A stretch of DNA of 64,000 nt from Armatimonadota bacterium. Its GTDB lineage: Bacteria > Armatimonadota > UBA10988. Location: contig JACRKZ010000043.1 in assembly GCA_016235455.1 (NCBI GenBank), forward strand, positions 1 through 64,000, in the 5' to 3' direction. A model generated the notes under the pieces. That model did no database searches, was not told the origin of the DNA, and saw only the letters and a program-made list of their open reading frames with translations. The translations under genes and the position numbers were made by a program. Of this stretch, positions 42,045 through 51,441 are shown piece after piece. The stretch's first letter is position 1, and each line of letters opens with the position of its first letter.

Positions 42045-43405
42045 GCCTTGCTCTCCCCTAATGCCGTCGTGTGACGAACATTGGGTAACCACTGTTCCTG
42101 CCAGCGCTGCTCGATGCCCGCGCGCCACGCACCGGCCGCCGCGCTCAGCCGCGCGGCGACCTCCGGGCAGTCGGCGGCCAGGTTGTGCTGCTCGCCGGGA
42201 TCCTGCTCCACATGCGCCAGATGCACCGCGTCCTCGGCCCGCAGCCCTTCTTCGAGCTGGCCGTCCAGCACCAGCTTCCACGGCCCTTCGCGCACCGCCG
42301 TCTGCCGGTCCATCTCCCAGAAGATGGGCCGCGCCGCTGGCTGGGGCAGCGCGCCGCACAGGTAGGGTAGTTGGTTGGTGCCATCGAGTTCGTAGCCCGC
42401 CGCCTCGCCGCCGGCTGCGGCGAGCACGGTGGGGAAGACGTCCATGGAGGCCAGTGGCCCATCCAGCACGCGGCCGGCGGGCAGGCGCGCGGGCCAACTC
42501 ATCAGCGCCGGTACCCGGATGCCGCCCTCGAACAGGCTGAACTTGTGGCCGCGGAACCCGCCCGCGGTGCCGCCGTGGTAGGGGTCCCTCGTGCCGTCGA
42601 GCCAGTTGCGCGTCTCGCGACTGGGCCCGTTGTCGCTGACGAACACGATGCAGGTGTCCTCGCGCAGCCCGAGCCGCTCCAGCGTGGCGACGATGCGGCC
42701 CACGCCGTCGTCGACGACCGCCAGCATGGCGGCCATCACGCGGCGCTCGGGAGGAAGGTGGCTAAAACGCTTCAGATAAGGCTCTGGCGCGTGCATGGGG
42801 TAGTGCGGCGCGTTGTAGGCCACGTAGGCGAAGAACGGCTGGGCGGCCGCGGCGGCATGCTCGATCTGGTCGATGGCGCGGTCGGTGATCAGGTCGGTGG
42901 CATACTCGCCGTTGAGCCAGACCTCCTCGTTGTTGTCCCACAGGTCGTGGACCGGATCCTGGCCGGGCCCCATGCCCCAGTAGAAGATGTGGCTGTAGTA
43001 GTCGACGCAGCCGGCCAGCAAACCGAACCAGTCGTCGAAGCCCGCGTGGTGCGGCCGGCAGGGCTCGGTCACGCCCAGGTGCCACTTGCCGCTGAGGCTG
43101 CAGCCATAGCCCAGGCGGCCGAGCGCGGTGGCCAGCGTGGGAGCGTCGGCGGTCAGGCCGGTGGCCTGGCGGTGGCCGGCCAGGATGGCGCGCACGCCGG
43201 CGTTGCCGGGGTACCGCCCGGTCAGCAGCGCGGCGCGTGAGGGCGAGCAGACTGGCGAGTTGCTGTACCAGCCGGGCAGCCGGACGCCACTGTCGGCCAG
43301 GGCGTCGAGGTGCGGGGTGAGCAGATCGGCCGAGCCTTGGCAGCCGAGGTCGCCCCAGCCCTGGTCGTCGGTGAGGATCACGATGAAGTTGGGTCGCGTG
43401 GGCAT
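42041..43405 (-). CDS. Formylglycine-dependent sulfatase
   Basis: RPNFIVILTDDQG, CSPSRAALLTGRY, GKWHLG, APHYP and SDNG motifs. Confidence 0.95.
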   Translation of the reverse strand: MPTRPNFIVILTDDQGWGDLGCQGSADLLTPHLDALADSGVRLPGWYSNSPVCSPSRAALLTGRYPGNAGVRAILAGHRQATGLTADAPTLATALGRLGYGCSLSGKWHLGVTEPCRPHHAGFDDWFGLLAGCVDYYSHIFYWGMGPGQDPVHDLWDNNEEVWLNGEYATDLITDRAIDQIEHAAAAAQPFFAYVAYNAPHYPMHAPEPYLKRFSHLPPERRVMAAMLAVVDDGVGRIVATLERLGLREDTCIVFVSDNGPSRETRNWLDGTRDPYHGGTAGGFRGHKFSLFEGGIRVPALMSWPARLPAGRVLDGPLASMDVFPTVLAAAGGEAAGYELDGTNQLPYLCGALPQPAARPIFWEMDRQTAVREGPWKLVLDGQLEEGLRAEDAVHLAHVEQDPGEQHNLAADCPEVAARLSAAAGAWRAGIEQRWQEQWLPNVRHTTALGESKA

Positions 43406-43479
43406 GGGAACCGCCTTCGCCACACCTGTCGTCATACCTGCCGAGAGCGCGGGCCCGGCCCGCGTGACCGGAGTGAGCC

Positions 43480-44619
43480 ATGCGGGGACGGTGGTTGTGG
43501 GCGGCGCTGGTTGTGGCGGTGACGATGGCCGGCGCTCAGCCCAAGGTGGAGGCGCCCTCGGCCGAGGCCAAGGCGGCGTATCAGCAGGCGTTGGACCAGA
43601 AGAAGGCCAAGGCGCTGGACAAGGCGCTGGCCAGTGCCTCGCGCGCGGTGGAACTGGCGCCGGGCTACGTGGAAGCCCACAACCTGCTGGCCTGGCTGCA
43701 TGCCGGCCGCAACGACCGCGACAAGGCCATCGCCGAGTTCCGTGCGGTGATCCGCCTGGCGCCCGATAGCCCGCAGGCGGTGGAGGCCAAGGCCGCGCTC
43801 GACCGCTGGCAGGTGCCCCATGTCGACCCGGCGGCGCCCGTTGCGCCGAACCCGCCGAATCCGCCGGTCGCACCGCCCGTCGCGCCGCCGACCCAGCCGG
43901 TCGCGCCGCCGACGCAGCCCGTCGTGCCGCCGGTGAAGCCGGTGCCGCCGGTGAAGCCGGCCGCGGTGGACCCCAATGACCCCGACATCGTCTGGGCGCC
44001 CAAGGAGGACCGGCCGCCGGCTGGCGTGGGCACGATGACCACGCCGGAGCTGTTCAAGAAGCTGGCCGACCTGGCCGCGGCTCGAGCCACTGCCAAGAAG
44101 TACGAGGAGGCGTTCTGCGCCTACCGCAACCTGCTCGTGCTGGAGCCGACCAACGAGTCCTGGCGTACCGCTGTCGAGGCGCTGCGCGGCACGCAGCCAG
44201 AGCGCCACGACCTGTTGCGGCCCGAGGACCAGATCCGCGCGCGCCGACTGCTGGCCGCGGTGCGTCCGGCCACCGACCTGAAGGACTGGCCGCGCTTCGA
44301 GCGCACGGTGCAGGGCTCGGAACTGCGCATGTTGCTCGACCCGCGCGTGGTGGGCGACGGACGCTACGGCATCGTGCGCTATGCCGGCTGCGACCCGTAT
44401 GTGCCGGTGGTCATGTTCTGCGCCACGCCGAGCATCACGGTGCAGGCCTTGCGCGAACTGGTCGGCACGCCGCAGGTCGAGGGCAAAACCTGGGATCAGT
44501 CGCTGTCGCTGCTGACCTGGGGCCACATGCGCGTCGTGGCCGACAGCGAGGGCAAGGTGCTGTACGTGCTGCGCAAGATGGGCGACCCGACACCCGAGGG
44601 GCCGACGCTGCCCAAGTAG
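43480..44619 (+). CDS. Secreted TPR protein with Pro-rich linker and unknown C-terminal domain
   Basis: Signal peptide; TPR helices (AVELAPGYVEAHNLLA; AVIRLAPDS); PVAPPTQ and VPPVKP repeats. Confidence 0.75.
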   Translation: MRGRWLWAALVVAVTMAGAQPKVEAPSAEAKAAYQQALDQKKAKALDKALASASRAVELAPGYVEAHNLLAWLHAGRNDRDKAIAEFRAVIRLAPDSPQAVEAKAALDRWQVPHVDPAAPVAPNPPNPPVAPPVAPPTQPVAPPTQPVVPPVKPVPPVKPAAVDPNDPDIVWAPKEDRPPAGVGTMTTPELFKKLADLAAARATAKKYEEAFCAYRNLLVLEPTNESWRTAVEALRGTQPERHDLLRPEDQIRARRLLAAVRPATDLKDWPRFERTVQGSELRMLLDPRVVGDGRYGIVRYAGCDPYVPVVMFCATPSITVQALRELVGTPQVEGKTWDQSLSLLTWGHMRVVADSEGKVLYVLRKMGDPTPEGPTLPK

Positions 44620-44624
44620 CGGCG

Positions 44625-45803
44625 CTACCCTTGCACGGCACGCAGCAGTCGTTGCGCCGCGACGGTCAAGCGGATGGCCGTGTCCGGCCCCATGCACATG
44701 CCGCTCTCGTAGGCGTACCGGTGGTTGCCGAAGTCTTCTCGGTCGAGCACATAGCCCAGTTCATCCTGGGCCAGGCCGACCAGGAACCGGTACGGCCGCT
44801 GCATGAGCCGCTTCCAGCGCCGGCCGACGCGCGGCTGGAGTTCGCCAGGGCAGGTCACCAGCGTGGCATTGCCCAGCGTCAGCGCGGTCATGCGGGTGCG
44901 GGCCTCACCGTCGCTCGACAACTCGCGCGTCAGCAGGCCCGCGGCCAAGGCGGCGCGGAAGCCGGCCGTTTCCACGGCGACCGCCAGCGTCTCCGAGGCC
45001 AGGTTGAGCGTCAGCCAGTCCGTGCCCTGGCCTTCGCGCGCCACCGCGGCCACCGCCTCGTCACCCACCGCCCCGCCGATGCGCCGCGCCTCGTCGAAGG
45101 TGTCGGCGGCAGCGTCGGTGGTGACCATGGCGCCGAGCGCGCCATTGGCGAACAACGCGATGCCGCCGAGGCTCTCCTCCACGCGTCCACGCAGCCCGTG
45201 GGCGAAGTCGGAGCTGTAGGCATGGCTGGACGAACGCAGCACTTCGGGGTGGCAGGCCCAGTTGATCAGCGTGGCCAGGCCGTGGCCGTCACGGTCGGTG
45301 AACCGCATGACGCTGATCTCGGGATCGATGCTGGCCGGGTCGCGCAGATTGACCGCGCAGCGCGTCGGCGCGCCGGTGCTCGCCAGCGTCAGTCGCGCCG
45401 GGACGAGCTGCGCCAGCGCTTCGCGGGCCGCTTCGCGCGCGCCGTCCACGATGTGCGTCAGCACCACCTCATCCACGCCGCGCGTGCGCGGGTCAGGCCC
45501 CCACAGTCCGATGGTGTCCGGTCCCGAATGCGTGTGCGTGGCGCAGACGATGACCTGCTCGCGGGGAATGGGCAGGCCGTCGGCGATGCGGTCGCAGTCG
45601 GCGGCCAGCAGCCCGATGCAGTCCACCGCCACTAGCACCAACGGCACCTCACCCACGGCCAGCGCGATGGCGCGCGCCCACAGCGGGTCGTGCGTGGTCT
45701 CGGCGACACGGTTCTGCTCGAATCCGGCCAGCCAGGCGCCCACGGGCGGCGTCACATCCACCGCCGCGGCGCTGGCGCGCAGGGCGCCAAACGCTGTCAC
45801 CAA
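44625..45803 (-). CDS. Neutral/alkaline ceramidase-like metallohydrolase
   Basis: DVTPPVGAWLAGF, HDPLWARA, ATHTHSGPD, WACHPE and GLAQDELGY motifs. Confidence 0.82.
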   Translation of the reverse strand: MVTAFGALRASAAAVDVTPPVGAWLAGFEQNRVAETTHDPLWARAIALAVGEVPLVLVAVDCIGLLAADCDRIADGLPIPREQVIVCATHTHSGPDTIGLWGPDPRTRGVDEVVLTHIVDGAREAAREALAQLVPARLTLASTGAPTRCAVNLRDPASIDPEISVMRFTDRDGHGLATLINWACHPEVLRSSSHAYSSDFAHGLRGRVEESLGGIALFANGALGAMVTTDAAADTFDEARRIGGAVGDEAVAAVAREGQGTDWLTLNLASETLAVAVETAGFRAALAAGLLTRELSSDGEARTRMTALTLGNATLVTCPGELQPRVGRRWKRLMQRPYRFLVGLAQDELGYVLDREDFGNHRYAYESGMCMGPDTAIRLTVAAQRLLRAVQG

Positions 45804-45828
45804 GGTAGACGGCTCCTCAGGGTCGCCT

Positions 45829-47136
45829 TCATCCGCCGCACCAGGCTTCCACCTCGTCCGGTTGCTTGGCGATGCCGGCGGTCAGGTTCTCGTAGCCGTC
45901 CGCGGTGATCAGCAGGTCGTCCTCGATCCGCAGGCCCAGCCCGCGCAGATGAGCGGGCAGCTCGGCGTTGTCGGCGGGGAAGTAGAGCCCCGGTTCCACG
46001 GTGAACACGGCGCCCGGCTGGAGCAGCAGTTCGTGGCCGGCATCGTCCAGCCGCGGGCTGGGGTCATGGACATTGAGCCCGATGGGATGGCAGATGCTGT
46101 ACGGACAGAACGGGCCGGCCGCCTTCTTTTCCAGCAGTTCATCGCGCGAGCCGCTCAGTGCGCCCAGCGCCAGCAGGCCGTCGGTCAGCCGGGCCATGGT
46201 TGCCTCATGGATGGCGTCCATGCTGCCGCCGGGCCGGGCCAGCGCGAAGCCGGCGTGCATCGACTCCAGCACGATCTGGTAGACGTCGCGCTGGATGGGC
46301 GTGAAGCGGCCGCCGATGGGGAAGGTGCGGGTCACGTCGCACGCATAGTGCCGCGCCTGGGCTGCCGCGTCGATGAGCACCAGGTCGCCGTCGCGCAGCG
46401 GCTGGTCGTTGTTCACATAGTGCAGGACGTTCGCGTTGTCGCCGCTGGCCACGATGGTGCCATAGGCTGGGCCCTGGCCGCCGTCACGCAGGAACCCGCC
46501 GTCCAGAACCGCCTGCAGGTCGCCCTCGGTCAGCCCCGGCCGGCATTCGGCCATGACCCGGCGGTAGGCCGGCTCGGTCACGGCCACCGCGGCGCGGATG
46601 GCCTCGATCTCGGTGTCATCCTTGTAGAGCCGCATCTGCGCCAGCGTCCAGGTCAGGTTGTGCAGCGTCTGCGGCACGATGTCGGCCGGCGTCTTGGCGC
46701 CCACCCGCCGGTTGCACCAGCCCAGCAGCTTGGCCCGCAACGCCGTCTCCTCGAAGACTTCGAGGTACAGGTCGGCATGGCCCCGCAGCAGCCCCGGCAG
46801 TTTCTCGTCGAGCTCGGTCAGGTCGTGGGCCTCGTCGACGCCGACCAGCTCCCGGGCCGCTTCGGCCCCCACGCGCCGGCCCGTCCACATCTCCGCCTTG
46901 GCATCGCGCGGCAACACGAACAGCGTGCTCTTCGTCTCGCCCTCGCTCGAGCGACTCAGCACCAACACGCCGTCTCGCTCGCTAAAGCCCGTCAGGTAAT
47001 GGAATGACGGGCGCGGATGGTAGGCTGTGTCGTGGCCGCTGGGGTTGCGCGGCTCGCGGCCGCACTCCACGACCACGACACCCGCGCCGATCCGGTCCAG
47101 CAGCCGCGCGCGGCGTTGGGCGTAAGCACTACTCAT
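45829..47136 (-). CDS. pepP: Xaa-Pro aminopeptidase (M24B)
   Basis: FHYLTG, LHY, LIDAA, DVTRTFP, HPIGLNVHD, TVEPGLY and RIEDDL motifs. Confidence 0.93.
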   Translation of the reverse strand: MSSAYAQRRARLLDRIGAGVVVVECGREPRNPSGHDTAYHPRPSFHYLTGFSERDGVLVLSRSSEGETKSTLFVLPRDAKAEMWTGRRVGAEAARELVGVDEAHDLTELDEKLPGLLRGHADLYLEVFEETALRAKLLGWCNRRVGAKTPADIVPQTLHNLTWTLAQMRLYKDDTEIEAIRAAVAVTEPAYRRVMAECRPGLTEGDLQAVLDGGFLRDGGQGPAYGTIVASGDNANVLHYVNNDQPLRDGDLVLIDAAAQARHYACDVTRTFPIGGRFTPIQRDVYQIVLESMHAGFALARPGGSMDAIHEATMARLTDGLLALGALSGSRDELLEKKAAGPFCPYSICHPIGLNVHDPSPRLDDAGHELLLQPGAVFTVEPGLYFPADNAELPAHLRGLGLRIEDDLLITADGYENLTAGIAKQPDEVEAWCGG

Positions 47137-48418
47137 TGAAGGTCACCGCATCGCCCTGGCCTGAGTACAGGTCCAACGGTCCGTCAAGCTCGACCTTGAT
47201 GACCGTCGCGTCGGGGTCGAGTTGATCCTCGGGCACATCGATCCACAGCACGCCGGGCAGGTGCGCCCACGGTGCGCCGCCCACCTTGCGCGCCTGCACC
47301 TCGCCGCCGCCAACGATGCTCACTCGCTTGACGTCGTTGCGGATGCCCTTGACGGCGATCTGGTCGACGGGCTTGTCGAAGCAGATCAGGTACAGCGTGT
47401 CCTGGGCCTTGTTCAGCGTCGAGGCGCCGTAGAAGTGGCCGTGCGGCAGGCCGGCGACGCTGTCGAAGATGGCCTCGCCGTGCTTCTTGGTCCAGCGCCC
47501 GAGGCCGCGCAGCACCTCGGCCTGGGCCGGCTGGAGCGTGCCGTCGCTGAGCGGGCCGACATCCAGCAGCAGGTTGCCGCCCATGCCGGCGCACTCGGCC
47601 AGCATGCGCACCACCTGGCGCACCGACTTGTGGTCGGTGTCGGCCTTCTGGTAGCCCCACGAGTTGTTGATGGTGACACAGAACTCCCAGGGGCCGCTGG
47701 GCCGCTGGATGGGGATGGCCTGCTCGGGCGTGCCATAGTCGCCGTGGCCGCCCATGCGGCTGTTGAGGATGACGCCGGGCGACCAGGCATGGAGTTGGTC
47801 GCGCAGTTCGGCGAAGCGCCACTGGCTGGGGTCGCGTTCCCAGTCGCCGTCGAACCACAGCAGCTCGGGCCGATACCGCTGGCAGAGCTCCCGCAGCTGT
47901 CCGCGATGGAACTCAAGGAAGCGCTCCCAGGCGGCGGGATCCTCCTCGCCTTGGGGGTAACCGAAGCGGTTGCTGTGCAGATTGGCGTGGTCGTGGGGCT
48001 GAGCGCCGGCGGGCAGCACACTGGCATAGTCGGGGTGCGACCAGTCGAGGTGGCTGAAGTACAGGCCGACATGCAGCCCGTGCGCGCGCAGCGCCTCGCA
48101 GTACGGCCCGATCAGGTCGCGCCCGGCAGGCGAGCCGTCGACGGCGTTGAGCTCGCTCAGCGCGGTGTCCCACAGGGCAAACCCGTCGTGGTGCTTGCTG
48201 GTGAGCACGGCGTAGCGCGCGCCGGACTCGGCGAACAGCTGCGCCCAGGCGTCTGGGTCGTAGTTGGCGGCCGTGAAGTCGGCGGCCTGGGCCATGTACT
48301 CCTCGTAGGGCACCTGCCCGCCGAAGAAGGCCCACGACTCGCTCCAGTCGCCACGCGAGTAGATGCCCCAATGAATGAAGATGCCCAGCTTGGCGTCGGT
48401 GAACCACGGCTGCATCAT
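47129..48418 (-). CDS. Alpha-L-fucosidase (GH29)
   Basis: WFTDAKLGIFIHWG, SKHHDGF, LWFDG and GNLLLDVGP motifs. Confidence 0.95.
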   Translation of the reverse strand: MMQPWFTDAKLGIFIHWGIYSRGDWSESWAFFGGQVPYEEYMAQAADFTAANYDPDAWAQLFAESGARYAVLTSKHHDGFALWDTALSELNAVDGSPAGRDLIGPYCEALRAHGLHVGLYFSHLDWSHPDYASVLPAGAQPHDHANLHSNRFGYPQGEEDPAAWERFLEFHRGQLRELCQRYRPELLWFDGDWERDPSQWRFAELRDQLHAWSPGVILNSRMGGHGDYGTPEQAIPIQRPSGPWEFCVTINNSWGYQKADTDHKSVRQVVRMLAECAGMGGNLLLDVGPLSDGTLQPAQAEVLRGLGRWTKKHGEAIFDSVAGLPHGHFYGASTLNKAQDTLYLICFDKPVDQIAVKGIRNDVKRVSIVGGGEVQARKVGGAPWAHLPGVLWIDVPEDQLDPDATVIKVELDGPLDLYSGQGDAVTFNE

Positions 48419-48444
48419 GATCGCTGCTCCTTGGCCCCGGACGG

Positions 48445-48747
48445 CTACTCGGCGAAGTCGTAGACCTGCACGCGCGCCCAGGAGGCCTTGTTGCGGGCGA
48501 TGAACTCATTGTGCAGCGGGTGCGGCGCATAGACGTCATGGCCGGCGGCATCGTCGAAGACGACGGTCAGGCCAACGCCGTAGGAATTGTCGACGACGTC
48601 ACGCGGGGTCATGGCGGGCAGCCCGGCCCAGAGCTGGCGGACAGACTCGATCTTGGCCAGGTACTCGCGGCAGTCGGCGACGATCTGCTCGGCGGCGCCG
48701 GCGGGCGCGTCGTCGTTGAGCCAGAAGTAGACGGTATGGATGAACAT
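48445..48747 (-). CDS. Dabb (stress-responsive A/B barrel) protein
   Basis: MFIHTVYFWL...YAPHPLH...VQVYDF; AAGGAG RBS. Confidence 0.88.
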   Translation of the reverse strand: MFIHTVYFWLNDDAPAGAAEQIVADCREYLAKIESVRQLWAGLPAMTPRDVVDNSYGVGLTVVFDDAAGHDVYAPHPLHNEFIARNKASWARVQVYDFAE

Positions 48748-48821
48748 GCGGGCGCTCCTTGTTGGCTCCCGGCATGGTAGCGGACGGGGTGGTTGGGGGC
48801 AAGGGTGTGCTGGCGCACGCT

Positions 48822-48920
48822 GGGCGTGAAGCGTCGGGCGTCGGGGAGCAGCAAGGCCGTCGACGCGGACCCAACCGCGCTGACAGGATCGCTCCACCCC
48901 GACGCCCCACGCCCTACGCC
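48822..48920. repeat. REP-like palindrome built of 7-bp units
   Basis: Left arm gggcgtg-aagcgtc-gggcgtc-ggg; right arm ccc-cgacgcc-ccacgcc-ctacgcc; imperfect inverted repeat in an intergenic region. Confidence 0.55.
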
Positions 48921-48941
48921 GCGTGCGCCGCACGCCAGGCC

Positions 48942-50027
48942 CTATCCCGGCAGCACGCCGTCGGGGTATTCCTTCTGGTTCTCGGGCATCGACAGGATGA
49001 CCGGCCGGTCGGGGATGACGCTGCGCATGGCTTCCAGCTCGGCCGGGCCCTCGGCCAGGGGCAAGGCCACCTGTCCGCGCTCGACCACGCTGCGCATCAG
49101 CGCGCAGGTGGCCTCATAGCCCAGCCAGGCGTGCTCGATGTTGCAGGGATGCTCGGCCGTGCCGTCCAGCCAGGCGGCCATGTCGGCGATGTACGGCGGC
49201 ATGTCGTTGTCGTAGTTCATGCAGCCGTCGCCGGACAGCACGCCGTCGGGGGTGACCGCGCGCCAGCCGCCGCCGGTCAGCACTTCGGCGAAGCCCTCGG
49301 TGCCCTGGGCGCCGATGCGGCACTTGCGCCACCAGTAGTCGACTTCGGGCACGTCGGGCGCGCCCGCGCCGACCTCATAGATGCCGCGCACGCCGTTGGC
49401 GAACTGCACGAACCCGCCCAGATAGTCGGGCGAGGCGTGGATGTCCGCGTACTTGCTCGTCCCGGCGGCATTGGCCATGGCCCACTGGGCCGGCTCGTAG
49501 TTGTTGAACCACATGGAGTAGTCCACCAGGTGGGTCAGCATGTGCATCAGCCAGCCCGTGGCGGTGCCATAGACCGTATGCACGCGGCCGATCTTGCCCG
49601 AGGCGATGATCTCCTTGACCGCCTGATAGTGCTTGCCATAGCGGTGCTGGTGGCTGACCACGGCTTTGACGCCGGCGGCACGCAACAGCTCGACGACCTG
49701 CTTGGCCTCGCTGTGGCTCAGCGCGATGGGCTTCTCGAAGGCGATCAGCTTGGCGCCGCCCGCGATGCCCAGCTTGATCAGCGGCAGGCGCAGATTGGGC
49801 AGCGTGGCGAAGCAGAAGACGTCGGGCTTGACCTTGGCCATCACCTCGGCGGCGTCGGTGCCGCAGACGGGGTGGCCCAGTTCCGGCGCCACGGCCTCGC
49901 AGCGGGCCAGGTCGATGTCGCAGATGCCCGCGACCTCGAACCGCGGGTCGGCGTGGAAGGCAGAGGCATGGTGCTTGCCACGCTTGCCCATGCCCACGAC
50001 CACGACCTTGTAGACAGTCTCACTCAT
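48942..50027 (-). CDS. Cytoplasmic Gfo/Idh/MocA oxidoreductase
   Basis: VVGMGKRG, FEKP and HQHRY motifs; GGGAGG RBS. Confidence 0.88.
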   Translation of the reverse strand: MSETVYKVVVVGMGKRGKHHASAFHADPRFEVAGICDIDLARCEAVAPELGHPVCGTDAAEVMAKVKPDVFCFATLPNLRLPLIKLGIAGGAKLIAFEKPIALSHSEAKQVVELLRAAGVKAVVSHQHRYGKHYQAVKEIIASGKIGRVHTVYGTATGWLMHMLTHLVDYSMWFNNYEPAQWAMANAAGTSKYADIHASPDYLGGFVQFANGVRGIYEVGAGAPDVPEVDYWWRKCRIGAQGTEGFAEVLTGGGWRAVTPDGVLSGDGCMNYDNDMPPYIADMAAWLDGTAEHPCNIEHAWLGYEATCALMRSVVERGQVALPLAEGPAELEAMRSVIPDRPVILSMPENQKEYPDGVLPG

Positions 50028-50047
50028 GGCGGTCCTCCCAAAAGAGA

Positions 50048-50135
50048 ATCCACAGATGGCGCAGATGACACAGATGAGGCCGGTCCGCGCCGCGGGCTGG
50101 TCGCTCTATCTGCGTCATCTGCGCCATCTGTGGAT
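50048..50135. repeat. REP-like palindrome built of 9-bp units
   Basis: atccacagatggcgcagatgacacagat ... atctgcgtcatctgcgccatctgtggat: 28-bp arms with 1 mismatch. Confidence 0.8.
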
Positions 50136-50143
50136 CGATGCTG

Positions 50144-51268
50144 CTAGGCGTTCGCGGCGACCCACTCGCGGACCTTGGCGATGACGTAGTCGGACTCGGC
50201 ATCGGTCAGCTCGGGGAACATCGGCAGGCTGACGCAGTTGGCCGCGTTGAACTCAGCGTTGGCGATGCTGCCATGCACGCGATAGTCCTTGCCCCACGGG
50301 AAGCCTTCCTGCTGATGGATGGCGATGGGGTAGTGGCACTTGGCATCGACGCCGTTCTCGTTGAGGAACTTCAGCATTTCGTCGCGCTTGCCGTTGAGCG
50401 TCTCCACCACGTAGAGGTGATAAACGTGGCGGTAGCCGGGCATCTCATACGGCAGGGAGATGACGTTGGTGCAGTCGCTCAGGGCCGCGGTGTACTTGGC
50501 GGCGATGGCGCGGCGCTGGTCGCTCCAGGCAGTGATGTGCTTGAGCTTGACGCTCAGGATGCCGGCATGGATGTCGTCCAGGCGGCTGTTGTAGCCCATC
50601 GAGTGGCAGGAGCGCTTGGGCGAGCCGTGGTTGCGCAGCTTCTTGACCGTAGCGGCAATGTCGTCACGGTTGGTGACCATGGCGCCACCGTCACCGAAGG
50701 TGCCCAGGTTCTTCTGGATGATGAAGCTGGTGCCCATGGCATCGGACTTCTCGCACGCGCGGAAGCCGGCGCCGGCGGCATCGATGGCCTGCGCGTTGTC
50801 TTCGATCACGGCCAGGCCGTGCTTCTCGGCAATCGCCCAGATGCGGTCCATCTCGGCGCACTGGCCATAGAGGTGGACCGGCATGATGGCCTTGGTCCGG
50901 GGGGTGATGGCCGCCTCGATCAGGTCGGGATCGATGTTCTTGGTCTTCGCGTCGCAATCGACGAAGACCGCGGTGGCGTCCGTGAACCAGATGCCTTCGG
51001 CCGTGGCGAAGAAGGTGTTGGGCATGGTGATGACTTCATCACCCTTGCCAATGCCCAGGGCCAACAGCGGCAACCACAGCGCGTCGGTGCCGGAGTTGAG
51101 GCCGATGGCATGCTTGACGCCGAAGTACTCGGCCATTTCCTGTTCGTAGCGGGTCAGCGTGGGACCGAGCACGTACTGCTCGCTCTCGAGCACGGTCAGG
51201 ATGGCCTCATCGATCTCGGCCTTGAGGTTGTGGTACTGACGAGCGTGACCATAGAAACCGACAGTCAT
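50144..51268 (-). CDS. DegT/DnrJ/EryC1/StrS PLP-dependent sugar aminotransferase
   Basis: NSGTDAL, PVHLYGQ, IEDNAQA, SFIIQKNLG (PLP Lys) and GYNSRLD motifs. Confidence 0.95.
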   Translation of the reverse strand: MTVGFYGHARQYHNLKAEIDEAILTVLESEQYVLGPTLTRYEQEMAEYFGVKHAIGLNSGTDALWLPLLALGIGKGDEVITMPNTFFATAEGIWFTDATAVFVDCDAKTKNIDPDLIEAAITPRTKAIMPVHLYGQCAEMDRIWAIAEKHGLAVIEDNAQAIDAAGAGFRACEKSDAMGTSFIIQKNLGTFGDGGAMVTNRDDIAATVKKLRNHGSPKRSCHSMGYNSRLDDIHAGILSVKLKHITAWSDQRRAIAAKYTAALSDCTNVISLPYEMPGYRHVYHLYVVETLNGKRDEMLKFLNENGVDAKCHYPIAIHQQEGFPWGKDYRVHGSIANAEFNAANCVSLPMFPELTDAESDYVIAKVREWVAANA

Positions 51269-51441
51269 GGGAGCTCCCTTTGTATAGGGGTCACGGCAGG
51301 CACTGCGCGCACGTCGCGCGCTGCCTGGCCACTAGACCCAGCGTTCGGAGGTGGACAACCTCGCTTCAGCTCCCCAGCCACGGTTCGTCCGTCGGCTATG
51401 ATACACCAGCCCACCGGCAACGTCCAAGCAAGGCCGCCGAC

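Noticed and set aside
50048-50135. Possible mini-CRISPR array
   Set aside because: Units are 9 bp, contiguous and inverted, with no spacers and no cas genes.
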